A stretch of 36,851 nt of DNA, taken from the NCBI GenBank assembly GCA_014905635.1, contig JABVCE010000008.1, positions 1,426,001 to 1,462,851 of the forward strand, in the 5' to 3' direction. Source of the stretch: Scenedesmus sp. PABB004. Its lineage: Eukaryota. A program made the position numbers and the translations under genes. Below, one piece after another: positions 21,589 through 34,478 of the stretch; the first letter of the stretch is position 1, and every line of letters starts with the position of its first letter. The notes under the pieces were generated by a model that worked only from the letters and a program-made list of their open reading frames with translations, was not told the DNA's origin and ran no database searches.

Positions 21589-24500
21589 GGCGGCTGCTGC
21601 TGCGGCTGCTGCTGCAGCTGCTGCTGCTGCTGTCCCAGCTGCGCCTTGACGCTCTGCAGCTGCGCCTCCAGCTGCGAGAGCTGCAGCCGCAGCCCCGCGC
21701 CGCCGCTGCTGCTCGCGGCGTCAGGCGTGCCGGGCACGGTCGGCGGCGGCACATGACGCGCCGCGTCCGACGCCGCCGGCGACCCGCCGCCGGCGGTGCT
21801 CGGCCGTGCCGGCGGCGGCTGCATGGCCTGCTGCACCGACGCCGGGAGCCGCGGGCTCTCCGCCTGCCACGCGGCCATGGTGGACGAGCGCAGCTGCTCC
21901 ACGGCCTGCTGCACCGACGCCGCGGCCGCCCGCACCGCGCCGGCGGGCGTCCCGCCCGCGCCCTGCGCCGTGCCTGGCCGCTCGCGCAGCGGCGAGGCGC
22001 CGGCGGCGCCGAGCGAGCGCGTGAGGGGCATGGCGGAGCCGAGGTTGACCATGTCGTCAGCCTCCGCGCCGCCGCCCGCCGGCCGGCCCGCCCCCGCGCC
22101 GCCGCGGGCGGCCGGCGACGCGCCGGCGCCGGCGCCGGCGGGCGGCCCCGACGCGCGCGGCGCGCGGCTCGGCGACCGCGCCTGCGCCGCGGCGAGCAGC
22201 GACGACATGAGGCCGTCCAGGCCCTGCACCGACTGCACCACGCCCGCGAGCATGTCGCCGAGCTCTGCTGCGCCGGGCTCCGGCTCTGGCTCGGGCCGCG
22301 GCGGCGACGCGGCGCCGCCGTCGGCGTGCGCGTCGAGCAGGAACGTCGCCTCCCGCGTCGGCGCCTCTGCCGCGTGCGCCGCCGCCGCCGGCCAGCCCGG
22401 CCCCGGGCTTGGCGGCCACTGCGCCGCGCGCTCGCCGCCGTCGCCGGGGCCCTGCTGCAGCGCCGCCATGGAGGCGACCAGGTGCTGCACCGGGATCAGC
22501 CCCGCCCGGGCGCTGCGGGCCGGCGAGGCGGGCGCGGGGCGCGCCGGCGGCGGCGACGCGAGCGGGCTCGCAGCCAGTTGCCGCGCCGCCTGCGCCTGCA
22601 GCTCCTGCAGGCGCTCCTGCGCCGCCTGCAGCTGCTCCCACAGTGCGGCGGGCTGCGCTGCCGCCGCCGGCGTCGCCGCGTCGACCGGGGGGCGCCGCGG
22701 CTCGTACGTCAGCGGCGCCACCGCGGCCGCACGCTGGTGCTGCTGCGGGTGCTGCTGCTGGGCCTGCGGCGCCGCCCACTCCATGGACGCAGCCTGCTGC
22801 AGCGGCGCGCCGGGGCTGAGCGGAGCCCGGCCCGCCGGCCGCCCGGTCGCGGCGGCGCCGCCGCCCGAGCTGCTGCCGGGGCCGATCGTCGCGGCCACGC
22901 GCTGCATCAGGCTCTGCAGGTTCTCGGCGATGCTCTCCACGCTGGGCACGCCCTGCAGCTGCTCGGCACGCCGCTGCAAAGCGGCGCCGCCCGCCCAGCT
23001 GCCGGCGAGCTCGCCCGGCGCCGCGTAGCGGCTGACGCGCAGCGCCGACTGCTGCAGGCCCCGCGCGTCGCCGCCGAAACCGCCGAGCGCCAGCGGCGTG
23101 GCGGTCGACCTCGGAGGGCTGACGTTGTGCGCCGCAGCTGCCGTCGCGGTGGACGGCGAGGGGCTGCTGACCGGCCGCCCGTAGCGCCCGACGCTGCGCG
23201 GCCACAGCGACGGCGCCAGGCCGTCCGCAGACGTGCGCAGGCCTGCGCGCGCGGGCAGGGCGGGGCGCGCGGGGGTGAGAGCGTGCACGGCGCTCGCACG
23301 CCACAGCCGGGCCGAGGCCAGGCCCCGTGCGCACCTGACAAGGCCCCCACCAGCGGCGCCCAGCCGGCCTCGCTGCCGCGCAGCGCGCTCGCGCTGCGCC
23401 GCACGAGCGGCCCGCCGCCGCCGCTGCCGCCGCCGCCGCCGCCGTCGAGCAGCTGCGCCACACGCGCGCGGTGCAGCTCCTCCTCCGCCTCCTCGCGCCG
23501 CAGCTGCGGGCTGCGCACCATGCTGCTGCGCGCGACGCCCGCGCTGGCGGCGCGCGGGCCCGCGCGCGCGGCCACCTGCGCCGCCGCCGCGGACGCGGCG
23601 GCCGCGTGGATGGCCGCGCCCGCGACGTCGGGCGAGCGGCAGCGCCCGCTGCGGCGCTCGGGCGAGGCGGCGCGCTGCGCGGCCAGGAGCGCCGCGGCGG
23701 CCGCGTCGCGGCGCTGGCGGCGCCGCGCGGCGCGCTCCTCGTCCTCGCGCTCCTGCGCCGCCAGGCGCTGCTGCTGGCGCCGCTGCTCCTTGTGATTGAG
23801 CCGCAGCGCACGCAGCGAGGGCTCGTTGCCGCTGCCGCGCCAGCCCTGGCTGCTGCCCTCGCTGCTCGGGCTGCCCGTGTCGCGCCAGGCCTCGCTGCTG
23901 CCGTCGTTGCTCGCGGCCGCCCTCCGCACCGCCAGCGGCTGCTCCAGGCTCTCCCGCAGCAGCCGCCTGAGCAGGCGGTCGCCGGTCGGCGCGCCGGCAG
24001 GCCCCGCGCTGCTGCTGCGCCGCCGCCCGGGCCCGCCACTCCTGCCGCTAGCGGCGCGGCCGCCGCGGCGGTCGTCGACGTCGCGGCCCCGCCTGGCCGC
24101 GGCGCTGGCGCGCGCGGCCGGCGCCGCCGCAGGCAGCTTGGAGTGGGGGCGCATCGAGCCGCCGCCGCGCGCCCCGTCGTCGTCGTACCAGGGCGCCCAG
24201 CGCGAGGCGCCCCGGCTCGCCCCGGCGCGCTCGGGGCTGCGGAACCATCCCTGCCCGCCCGCGCGCTGCACGTCGCGCCACACGCGGTCGCCCTCGCCGC
24301 CGTCGCTGCGGCTGCTGCTGCTGCTTGCCGCGCGGCCCCTGGCGGCCGACGGCGCGCGGGAGCGCTGCTGCTGGTCCTGCTGCTGGTGCTGGTGGTGGTG
24401 GTGGCGGTGCTGCCGCGCCGCCCGGCGCCGCGCATCCTCCTCCTCGCCGCTGGACGCCTCCTCCGCATCGGCCGCCGCCCGGCGCGGCGCGGCGAGGCTG

Positions 24501-25969
24501 GCGCTGCTGGGGCGGCTGCCGCGGGCGGCCGCCGCCGCCGCCGCCTCCTCGTCCGCCTGCGCGGCGGCTGCAAAGGCAGACATGCGCCGCGCCACCACGC
24601 CCGCCGCCAGCTCAGCGGGCTCCAACTGGTGCCGGCTGCCGTGCGCCCCAGCCGCCGCCGCGTCGAGCGCCGCGGCGCTGGCCTCCGCGACGGACGACGC
24701 TCGGCGGGCCAGGCCTGGCTCCGCGCGGGCCGGCGGCGGCTGCTCGCGCTCGCGCGCCGCGCGGCGCCGGTGGCCGCGGCTGCCGTCTCCATAGCCCGGA
24801 AGGTCGCGCAGGCCGCCGTCGTCGTCGTCCGAGCCGCTGCTGCTGGCTGGCGCCGGCGCGGGCGCCGCGCTCGCGGCGCGCCGCGCGGGGCTCGCGGCGC
24901 CAGGGTTTGGGCTGGCCACGCGCGCCGCCGCGTCGCGCGCCAGCTCCGCGTCGGGCGGCGGCAGCCCGGGCGAGCCGCCCAGGCCCAGACCGGCGTCGCG
25001 CGGGGGCGCGGGGCTGCTGAACCGGCGCGGCGGCGGCACGGCCGCCGCCGCGGCGGCGCTGGCGCTGCGCGCGCGCGCGATGGCCGCCGCCGCGCTGCTG
25101 GTGATCTCGCGCAGCTGCTGCGCCACCGAGGCGCCGTGCGCCGCGGCGCTCGCGCGCGGCGCGGGCGCCAGGCCCCCGCCGCGCACGGGGCCGTGGCCCC
25201 CGAGCGAGGCCAGCGAGGAGCGCGCGCTCGCCGCCGCCACGCGCTGCTGGATGGCCGACATGGCGCTGCTGCGCGGGCTCAGCGCGCCGGCGGGCGGCTG
25301 CGCCGGCGGCGTCGGCGACAGGCTGGCGCCCGGCGAGCGCGCGCCCGGCGCCGGCCCGCCGCCGCCGCCGCCGGCGGCCCAGCCGCCCAGGCTGGCCGAC
25401 TGCCGGCGCGGCGGGCTGCCGTGCTCGGCGCCGCTGCTCGGCGCGCGGAACTCAAACGCCGCCGCCGACGCGCCGCGCCGCGCGTCCAAGGGCGGGGGCG
25501 CCTCGCCGCTGCGGCGCGGCGGCGAGGCAAAGCTGGGGTAGAAGCTCGCCACGAGCGCCTCGGCGCGCGCGTCCACGAGCGACGCGCGGCCCGGGTGGAG
25601 GCGCGGCGGGCTGCTCGCGCCGCGCGGGCGCGCCGCCGGCGCCGCCGCCGCGGGCGCGGACTGGCGCACCAGCGGCTGCGACGCCGCGCTCGCGCGCGCA
25701 GCGGCCTTGGCGCGCTCCCGGCCGCCCGAGCGCGGCGGCGGCGGGCCGTCGTCGTCGCTCGACGACGGCGCGGCGCCGCCGCGGATGAGCGCCGACGCGC
25801 GGCGCCCGACCGCGCTCGCGCGGCCCGCCGCGCGCTGCTCCGCGCCGCCGCCGCCGCCGCGCGCCGGCCCCGGCGGCGAGGGGCTCCCCGACGCGCTGCT
25901 GTCGTCGGGCGCTAGCGAGGAGCGCATGTAGCGCGCCACGAGCTCACTCGCGTACGCCGGCGTGACCAT
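19834..25969 (-). CDS. Large (~1,970 aa) low-complexity protein with C-terminal coiled coils, function unknown; exons 25969-23335, 23242-20142, 20013-19834
   Basis: Two ~1,000-codon frames joined in phase by GT-AG introns. Ser-Pro-rich disordered N-terminal half, polyQ tract and Q/E/L/A heptad-rich C-terminus. Confidence 0.75.
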
Positions 25970-26486
25970 CGCCGCCGCCCGCGCACCGTGCGCACCGCGC
26001 CGTCAGCGCCGAGCAGGGCGTGCGCGCGCGTTCCGGCCGCCTCACGGCGGCATGCCTGCTCCCGCACCCACAGGCGGTCGCCTCAACAACAGCAGACCCC
26101 CAGCAAAACGCTGCTCCCGCGCGCTATGCAGCCCGCCCAGGCTGCTGCGGCCGCCGAGCGTGCGGACAGACCGGGTCTGCGACTCAACGGCCGTCGAGAC
26201 CGGCCGGCCGGCGCGAGGCGACGGCCGTGTTGCTCAACAATGCGCGCGCGAGCTGTCGCTGTGCCAGCGAGCGGGCCCCTGCACTGGGCGCTGATGCTGA
26301 AGAGGTGTGCGTCGTCGTCGCCAAGGGCGTGACCGGGGGCTCGCGCGGTGCGGCTTGCGAGCCCGGGACTCAGTTTGCGCGCGCGGGTCTTGCCCTGCGC
26401 CCTGCACGGACGCGCGCAGCGTCGGTTCAGGGCGTCCCCTGCCCCTCGCGCTGAGCCGGCGTGCCGCATCTGCGAAACCACTCCCA

Positions 26487-26522
<36 letters not shown>

Positions 26523-26607
26523 CCAGCAGCAGCGACTGCTGCCGCCGCGCCGCGCGCCGCGCCCGCTGCACGCCAGCCCGCCCGCGACCGGCCGCGATCG
26601 CGCCGCG

Positions 26608-27578
26608 ATGCAGGCGTCGCGTCTGAGTGGCAGCAGCGCCCGCGCGGCCCGCGCCGGCGGCGCGGGCGCCGGCGGCCGCCGCGCAGCGCCGCCGCGCGCG
26701 GGCCGCCGCCGCGTGGCCGCCGCCGCGACGTACCCGCGCGACGAGGTGGAGCAGGTCGATGACCCCGCCAGCCCTGTGGCCGCGCAGGCGCTGCAGGAGT
26801 ACTTTCAGCTCGAGCGCGCGGGCCCGCCCGAGCCGGCGGCGCTCGCGAGCCTGCGGTGCGAGCCTGCGGGCGCGGGCGGCCGCCGCCGCCGCTTGTCGCT
26901 CGTCGCCGCCGCGCGCCGCCGCCACCGCGCGGCGGCCGCGCGCGGCGGCCGCGCCCGCAGCCAGCCCCGCGCCCCCCGCCGCCCGCGCTGCGCGCGCAGG
27001 CTCAAGTACGGCATCCGGCGCGGCCCCGACGGCCGCGTGTCGCTGCGCACGCGCGGCGGCACGTGGATGCAGGCCAAGCTCGACATGGAGGTCAAGGGCA
27101 CGATGCTGCTGCGCAACTGCGACGACAGCTCGGTGCACGTGCTGCAGACCGACAAGCTCGAGCAGGTGCGCGGCCGCGGGCGGCGGCGCGCGGCGGCGGG
27201 CGGCGGCGCGCGGCGGCGCGTGGCGGCGCGCGGCGGCCGCTCGCGCCCGCGGCCGACCGCCTCACGCCCCCGTCCCCGGCGCGCCGGCGGCGGCAGATCG
27301 ACCTGTCTGACGACTACCTGCTGCTGATGCTCTTTGCCGACGGCGGCTGGGAGGAAACGACGACGCCGATCCAGCTCTCGGGCGAGGACGGCCGCCCCGA
27401 GGCGCTCACGGTCGGGGAGCAGCAGTTCAAGGACTTTGTGGGCATGCTCAAGACGCTGCAGGAGATGGAGGACGGCTTTGCCGCCGGCGGCGACGACGGC
27501 GACGACGCGGCCGGCGGTGGCGCCGGCGGCGGGCCGCGCACGATCGACGTCACGGCGGAGCCCGCCAACGGGCGGTGA
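26608..27578 (+). CDS. Uncharacterised plastid-targeted protein, paralog 1; exons 26608-26855, 27000-27165, 27297-27578
   Basis: Arg/Ala-rich transit peptide, in-phase junctions, TGTAA at 27626-27630, and clear homology to the adjacent gene. Confidence 0.8.
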
Positions 27579-28075
27579 GCCGCCGAGGCGGCGGCGGACC
27601 GGTGTGCAGCGCGAGTCCGCCACCATGTAACCATTCATGCCGACCGCTGGTCGAGCTGGTCCCGGGGCTGTGGCAGCGAGGTAGCCGCCGCCGCCGGCGC
27701 GGGCCGGTCAGCGGCGGCTCGGGGCCTGCCGGCGAACCGCGCCGCCTGCGCGGCAGCCCCGCTGGCCGCCCCGCTGGCCGCCTGCGCGGCAGCCTGTCGT
27801 CCTTCCCGTGCGCGTAGCGCGCGCTGTCGCAGCCACGCGCAGCCGGCTTCTGCTGCCGACCGACATCGTGCCGGCCCGCGCCTCCTCCGCCCGCGAGCCC
27901 GCCAGCAGGTGCGCCCGTCACCGACGCCGCCCAGGGCGCCGCCCATTGGCGTGCCAATGGGCGGCGCCCAGCTCTCCGGCTGCTGGCGGCGATCGCCGAC
28001 GGCCGCCGCTGCTGCCGCTGCTGCTGCGCAGGCCGCACCGCTCCTGCGCAGGCCGCACCGAGGCCGCACCCCCGG

Positions 28076-29169
28076 ATGATGCAACAGCACGCGCTTGCCA
28101 GGCAGCAGGCGCAGCGCGGCGGCGCCGCGGCGCCGCAGGCGCGGCGCCAGCCGCAGCGGCCGCCGCGCCGCGCGGCGCCGCCGCCGCCGGCGCCGCCGCA
28201 GGACGCGCCCGGCCGGCGCGCGCTGCTGGCGCTGCTGGCGGGCGGCGCGGCGGCGGCGCTGGTGGCGCCGCGCCGCGCGTACGCGGCGGCGAGCACCGCG
28301 GCGAGCAGCTCCGCGGCGCTGAGCGAGTACATGAAGCTCGAGGACGACAACAAGCTGCGCGACCAGCGCGCGCTCGACAGCATCCGGTGCGCGCGCGAAT
28401 CGCACAGCGCAGCGCTGCCGCGCGCGACGGCGGCGCCGCGGGCAGCGCTGCGCAGCGCGGCGCTACGCAGCACGAGCGGCGGACACGCGGCCGCGCCCGC
28501 GCGCCCGCGCGCGCGCGCCGCGGCCCCGCAGGGCCAAGTACGGCATCAAGCGCGGCCTGGACGGGCGCGTGCAGCTGCGCCGCAAGAGCGGCGCCTGGGT
28601 GTCGGTGCGGCTCGACATGGAGGTGCCGGGCGCCATCCTGCTGCGCGACCTCAAGTCCAGCGCCGTGTACGCGCTCGAGACCGACAGCCTGCCGCAGGCG
28701 CGCCGGGGGCGGCGAGGGCGCGTCCTGCGAGCCGCGCCGCGTGCGGCGCGCCGCTGCCCCTGCCCTGCCTTGCAGGCCGCGCCGCGCGCGCGCGGGCGGC
28801 GCGGCGCCGGCAGCGGCGTGCCCACGCCGCCGCCGCTCCGCGCGCGCGCCGCCGGCGGCGCTGGCGCAGGTGGACCTGTCTGACGACTACGTGCTGTTCA
28901 TGATGTTTGCGGACGGGCAGTGGGAGGACGACATGACGCCCATCGAGTTTGAGGACGACGCCGGCAAGTCCAGCCAGCTCACCATGACCGAGAAGGAGTT
29001 CCACGAGGCGTGCGCCGCTGCGCCGCCGCCGCTGCGCCGCACGCGCGCTCGCGGTGTCCGCGGCCCCCAGCCCCGCTCTGCTCACGCCGGCGCCGCCGCC
29101 GCCGCCGCCGCCGCGCCGCAGTTTGTGGGCATCCTCAAGGAGCCCGAGGACGAGCCCAAGCGCCGGTGA
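28076..29169 (+). CDS. Uncharacterised thylakoid-lumen (Tat) protein, paralog 2; exons 28076-28386, 28532-28697, 28870-29007, 29122-29169
   Basis: Transit peptide followed by GRRALLALLAGGAAAALVAPRRAYA. Shares KYGI.RG.DGRV.LR, LDMEV.G and DLSDDY.L...FADG.WE with paralog 1. Confidence 0.8.
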
Positions 29170-29638
29170 CGCGCCGGGAACTGTCTTCATGTCGTGTCGC
29201 GCGGTTTTTTGTGTTACGCTCGCGCGCGCCGCCCTACAAAGCCCGCCCCGCTTTCCCCCAGCTCACCACCGGTGTGCCCACGCACGGCGCGCCCAGCCGC
29301 GCAGCCAGCCGCCCCAGCAGGCAGCCCGCAACAGCAGACAGCGCGCGCGCCGCCGCCGCCCCCTGGTGGCCACGCCGCGCCGCCCCCGGCCGCGCCGCCG
29401 CGACCCCGAGAGTCCCTGACAGGTGCGGCGCGGTGTGCCGCGCGCAGCGGCGTGCCCGGCCGCCGCGGGGGGGGGGGCGCTCGCTGCGCGCTGGGCGCGA
29501 AGGCCGCCCCTGTGCGCGCCGCGCGTCTGCGGCCGCGGCCAGCGCGCTCTGGGGGTCCAAGTACCCGTACCCCGTGCCCTCACGCAGCCCCGCGCCGCGA
29601 CGCCCCTCCGCCGCGCGGCAGGGGTCGTCGCCGCGAGC

Positions 29639-30654
29639 ATGGCGCGCCCCGTGCGCGCCCTCGCCGGCCTGGTGGTGCTGATGGCCCTGCTCGCACGCTC
29701 CTCAGGTGTGTTGGGCGCCCGGACACCTGGGATTTCGAAGGCAGCCCGCGCCGCGCGCGGCGGGGGCCGCGCCGCCGCGCGCCGCCGCGCGCTGCTGTCG
29801 CCCCGCGCGCGCGGCGGCCCCCTCTCCTCCGTCGTGGCGGCCGTGTCGCCGCTCTTACCGCCCCCCGCGAACGCCGCCAGGCTGGCGCGCCGCCGCCGCC
29901 AGGCTGGGCTCACCCGGGGCGCGCCCCGCCCCGCGCCCGCCGCGCCCCCCCCCCCCCCCCCCCCCCGCAGCCACGCCCGGCTGCGACACGCACCTCGACT
30001 CCAACTCCACCATGTTTGGCGCGGCCTGGCTGCCCACCTACGCGCTGTACTACCAGGAGACGCAGTGGAAGCTCAAGGGCGACATCACCAAGGTCAACCT
30101 CTTCTACAACGCCGCCGAGGGCTGCCTGCGCGGCGTCAAGCCGACCTACGGCCCCAGCGCCGCCGACGCGATGCGCCTCGGCACCGAGGCCGACGCGGCG
30201 GGGCCCTTTGCCACCGCCGACCTCAAGCTCGGCGCGGGCGAGGTCTTTGTCAAGGCCGAGTACAAGTACACCACCAGGCGCGGCCGCGCGCAGGACGGGC
30301 GCGCGCGCTGCGCTGCGCCGCTCTGAGGCCTGTGCTGGCCCCTGCGCGCGCGCCGCGCGCCGCCGCCTGGCCGCGCCTCCGCCTGACCGCGCCGCCCGCG
30401 CCCCGCGCCGCAGCTGCATCACCTTCCTGCGGCTCACCACCAGCAAGGGGCGCGCGCTGGCCATCGGCAGCGCCTCCGGGCCGGGGCCGCTGATCAAGAG
30501 CGCGCCGCGCGTCGCGTCGCCGCCGGCGGGCACGACCAACTTCCTGGCCTTTGTCAAGGGCTACACCGACGTGCGCAACACCGACGCGCGCACCGGCAAG
30601 CTCCAGATGCTGCAGTTCTACTGGGCCGTCCGCGCCTGCCCCGCGGCGCCGGGC

Positions 30655-30706
<52 letters not shown>

Positions 30707-33694
30707 TCGTGGTGGTCGTGCCGACCAGCGACGACGGCGGCGCCGCCCCCGCGCCCAAGTGCGCGCCCTCGTCGCTGCTGGGCTGCGCCGCCGGGCGCTG
30801 CCCCACGCCCTTCTGCCCGCTCAGCGGGCTGGGCCTCGACGTGCTGCTCATGCCCTGCTACGGCGTCAACTCGCTGCCCTCGCTCGTGCCCTCCATCCTC
30901 AGCCCCTGCGCCAACCTGGCCTGCAAGGTGGGGCGCGCCGCGAGCGCGCGCGTCCCGGCTGCCACCGCGCGTGGCGGCGTGCGCGAGGCCCGCACGGCGC
31001 CGAGCCGCGCCGCGTCACGCCGCCGCCGCCGCCGTCGCGCTCGCGCAGTTTGACAAGCCCGGCTGCAAGAGCACCGGCCTGAGTGTGCTGAGCGGCACGG
31101 GCGCCAGCTACTGCACCGGCACGGTGGAGGCGGTCGCGCCGTCCGCGAGCCTGCACCCGCTGGGCAAGGCGTTTGTGGGCTACCCCTGCGTCGAGTTTGC
31201 GAGCCCCCTGCTGGACGTGCTGCCCACCATCGGCGACGTCGACGACGGTGCGCGCGCCCGTGCGCGCGCGCTTGCAGGACGGGCGCAGCATATGCTTGCC
31301 TCGGCTGCCTGAGCGCGCGCGCGCACGCCCGCCGCCGCCGCCGCCGCCGCCCGCGCAGCGAAGTATGTGGCCAAGGCGTGGAAGGTCTGCGACTGCCTGC
31401 ACGGCATCCCCGCGGCGCTCGCCAACCTCGCGGCGGGCGGCAACGTGAGCGTGGCGCTGCCCAAGATCACAACCGTCCCCTCCGAGGTGGTGGCGGCGCT
31501 CGCGGACGCGTTTGACGTGTCCCTCGGGCAGCTGGGCATGCCCGACGCGGTCGCGCAGTGGCTGTCCGGCTGCGCCGCGTCGCTGCTGCTGCCCAAGGTC
31601 GCGATCGACGAGCTCAAGCTCGCCGCGCTCAAGGTGGGCCGCCGCGGCGCTCGAGGGGCGCCGCCGGCGCCGCGCGGGCGCCGGCGGCCCGGCTCGTGCG
31701 CTTGCGCCCGGCCGCCCACGCGCCTCTCACGCCACTGCGCGCCGCCTCGCGCGCCGCAGGCGCTGCTGCCCGGCCTCAGCCTCCCCGCGCTCGTGGTGCC
31801 GGAGCTCGCGCTGCCGCTGGTGCAGCTGCCCGCCAACCTCACGCTGCCGGCGCTGCTGGCCATCCCGGCCGACAAGCTCGCCGCCGTGGGCGCGCTGCTC
31901 CCCAACCTCAGCGCGCTCGCCACGCTGCTCGTCGACCCCGCCGCGCCCGCGCTGTCCCTGCCCGGCGGCCTCGCGACGCTGACCGTGTCTGACCTCGCGT
32001 CGGCCGGCGTCAAGGCGCTGTCCGAGGCCTTCCAGCTGCCCGCGGGCGTCGCCGGCGCGGTGAGCAGCACCACCGCCGCGCTGCTGGCGGGCAAGGTCGC
32101 GCTGCTCAACATGACCGTCGCCGACGTCGTCGCCGAGTGGAGCGCGTCGGCCGACGCGCTGCTGCCGCTGCCCAAGCTCGCGCTCGCCGCGGCCAAGGTC
32201 AACGCGCTCAAGGTGCGGCGCCGCCCGCGCGCGCGCCTGCAGGCACCCCTGCGCGTTGCGCCGCGCGCGCCTCCTCTGCTGCGCCTCTCTCGAGCGGCTG
32301 CGGCTGACGCCCCCTGCCCCCCCCACCCCCGCCCCGCCCCCGCCCCCGCCCCGCCCCCGCCCCCGTCCCGCGCGCCCGCCCCCGCCGCAGGCGCTCGTGC
32401 CCGGCTTCACCGCGCCCGCGCTGCTGCTGCCCAACATCAGCGCCGCGCTCTTCAGCAAGCCCGCCAACTTCAGCCTGCCCGTCATCAAGATCCCAACCGG
32501 CACCCTCGCCAGCGTCGCCGCGCTGCTCCCCAAGCTCACCTCGCTGCCGACGTTCGTCGTGCCCGAGGTGCGCGCGCCGCGGCGCCGCCGGCTGGGCGGC
32601 CGCCCGCCGGCCAGCCGCCGCCGCCGCCGCGCACGTGGCGGCTCGCGGGGCAGCTCACCCCACCCCACCCCCCCCCCCTCCCGCCGCAGGCGCCCACGCT
32701 CGCGCTCACCCTCCCGTCGCTCAAGCTGCCCGACGTGGCGCTGCCGGGCGTGCTGGGCCGTCTCACGGCCAAGCTCAACCTCACCGGCGTGCGTGCGCCG
32801 CTGCCGGTCGCCCAGATGGGCCTCGCCGACGTCGTGGACCAGTGGCTCGCCGCCAACACGCTCAAGCTGCCCGTGCCCAAGCTCGCGATCGCCGAGGCCA
32901 AGCTCGCGGCGCTGCGCGCGCTCGTGCCGGGCCTGGAGCTGCCGGCGGTCGTGCTGCCCAACGTCTCGCTGCCGCTGCTCGCGCTGCCGCCGAGCCTCGC
33001 GCTGCTCGAGGTCAAGGCCTTTGCGCTGCCGCCCGCGGTGCTGCTCGACGCCGCCAAGCTGCTGCCCAACATGACGTCGCTGCCGACGCTGCTGGTCAAG
33101 AAGAACGGCACGGCGCTCGCGCTGCCCGACCTGCTGGTCCCCAACGTCACCGCGCTGGCCAAGCTCCGCTCGCTCGCCGCCGGCCTGGGCAAGGTCGTGG
33201 AGGGCGCCCCGGGCGCGCAGCTCGGCCTCGGCGCGCTGCCGCACCTGCCGAGCGCGCCCAAGACGCTGCAGGGCCTCGCGCTTGTCAACGGCACGGCGCT
33301 GTCCAAGTTTGTGGCCTTCCTCAAGGGCGGCCCCGCGCTGGAGCTGCCCGCGCTGTTCAACGCGTCCGCGCTCGCCGCGCAGGCGCAGGCGGGCTGGGCC
33401 GACATGACGTCCAACCTCGGCGTCCTCTTTGGCCTCAACCTCGGCGACGCCGCGGCGGCGCCGGCGCCGGCCGCGGCGCCGGCGTCGGGCGGCAGCACCG
33501 CCAGCGCGCCGGCGGGCATCACCGTGGGCGAGATCGTGGCCGGGGGCGCGACCGCCGTGCAGCCCGCGGCCGCCGACGACGCCAGCGTGGCGGTGGAGTA
33601 CGGCCCCGAGACCGCCTTCATGCCGCCCGCCGAGTTCAACGCGCTCTCCGCGGCGCAGCGGGACGCCGTGCTGCGCCTCTACGGCCTCGCATGA
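29639..33694 (+). CDS. Secreted glycoprotein: jacalin-like lectin domain, (PA)n linker, Cys-rich domain, 3 Leu/Pro-rich repeats; exons 29639-29705, 29971-30277, 30414-30927, 31049-31247, 31359-31633, 31760-32212, 32391-32567, 32690-33694
   Basis: Signal peptide MARPVRALAGLVVLMALLA. LKLGAGEVFVKAE...CITFLRLTTSKGR..IG resembles jacalin beta-prism strands. Many N-x-S/T sequons; junctions are in phase. Confidence 0.7.
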
Positions 33695-34071
33695 TCGCGC
33701 GCTCATGAGCGCGCGCGCGCCGCCGCCGGGGTCTGGGCCAACCCGGCGCGCGCAAATAAACACCGCCCCACCGTGCTGCTGCGAGCCAGCAGCGCGCGCG
33801 CGGGCGGGCGACCGTGCATCCTAAGACTGTGTGCGCTCGCACCTCTGTCGGGGCGCTGCAGCCGGCGCGCCGCTTGGCCCTCTGCGCAAGCGAGCCCGTC
33901 GGCCGCTCCTCAGAATAATAAACACCCGCCTGGCGGGCGCGCGTGTGTCGCGTGCACAGCAGCGGATGCAGCATCATTAGGTCTCTTCTTGCTTTCATGT
34001 GCGTGCAGGTGCTCATGCCATTGGACCAGAGGGGCTGTCTGTCTGGCTCGTCTCTGGAGTGCAGCGACGCG

Positions 34072-34478
34072 CGAGCGGTGCTGCAACAGGCACCGCCGCG
34101 CGGCTGGCGCGCTGGGGAACTGCGGCGGCACGGCGGGCTGCGGCCGGCGCGCGCGCAACGTGGGCCAAGAGGCAGTTACCAGTTGGCGATCGCAGCCACC
34201 CAACCCTTGCCGCGACGCGGCTTCGCAAACCGACTGAATTCACCCCCACCCGCCGACAGCGTCACACAACTCCGCAGCAAGCAAGCAACGGCCAGCAAGC
34301 ACATGGCTATGGTGCTGCCAATCCCAACGGTGCGCGGCCTGCCCCGCCCCAGCGCCATGCGCGCGCCTCTTTTGCAGAGGCTGCGGAGCGCATGCGCGCA
34401 CAACAGGGGGGTCAGCACAGCGCGCGTTGTGCACAAGCGGCGGCAGGCAAGCCGAGTCAACAGCTGCACAACCCATCC
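34072..34478. repeat. Direct repeat, copy 1 (matches 36456-36851)
   Basis: Near-identical over ~400 bp with only small indels. Right boundary is set by the window end of copy 2. Confidence 0.95.

Noticed and set aside
21520..21635. Cys-rich metallothionein-like plus-strand ORFs
   Set aside because: Reverse-strand reading of the (CAG)n polyQ tract of the coiled-coil gene.
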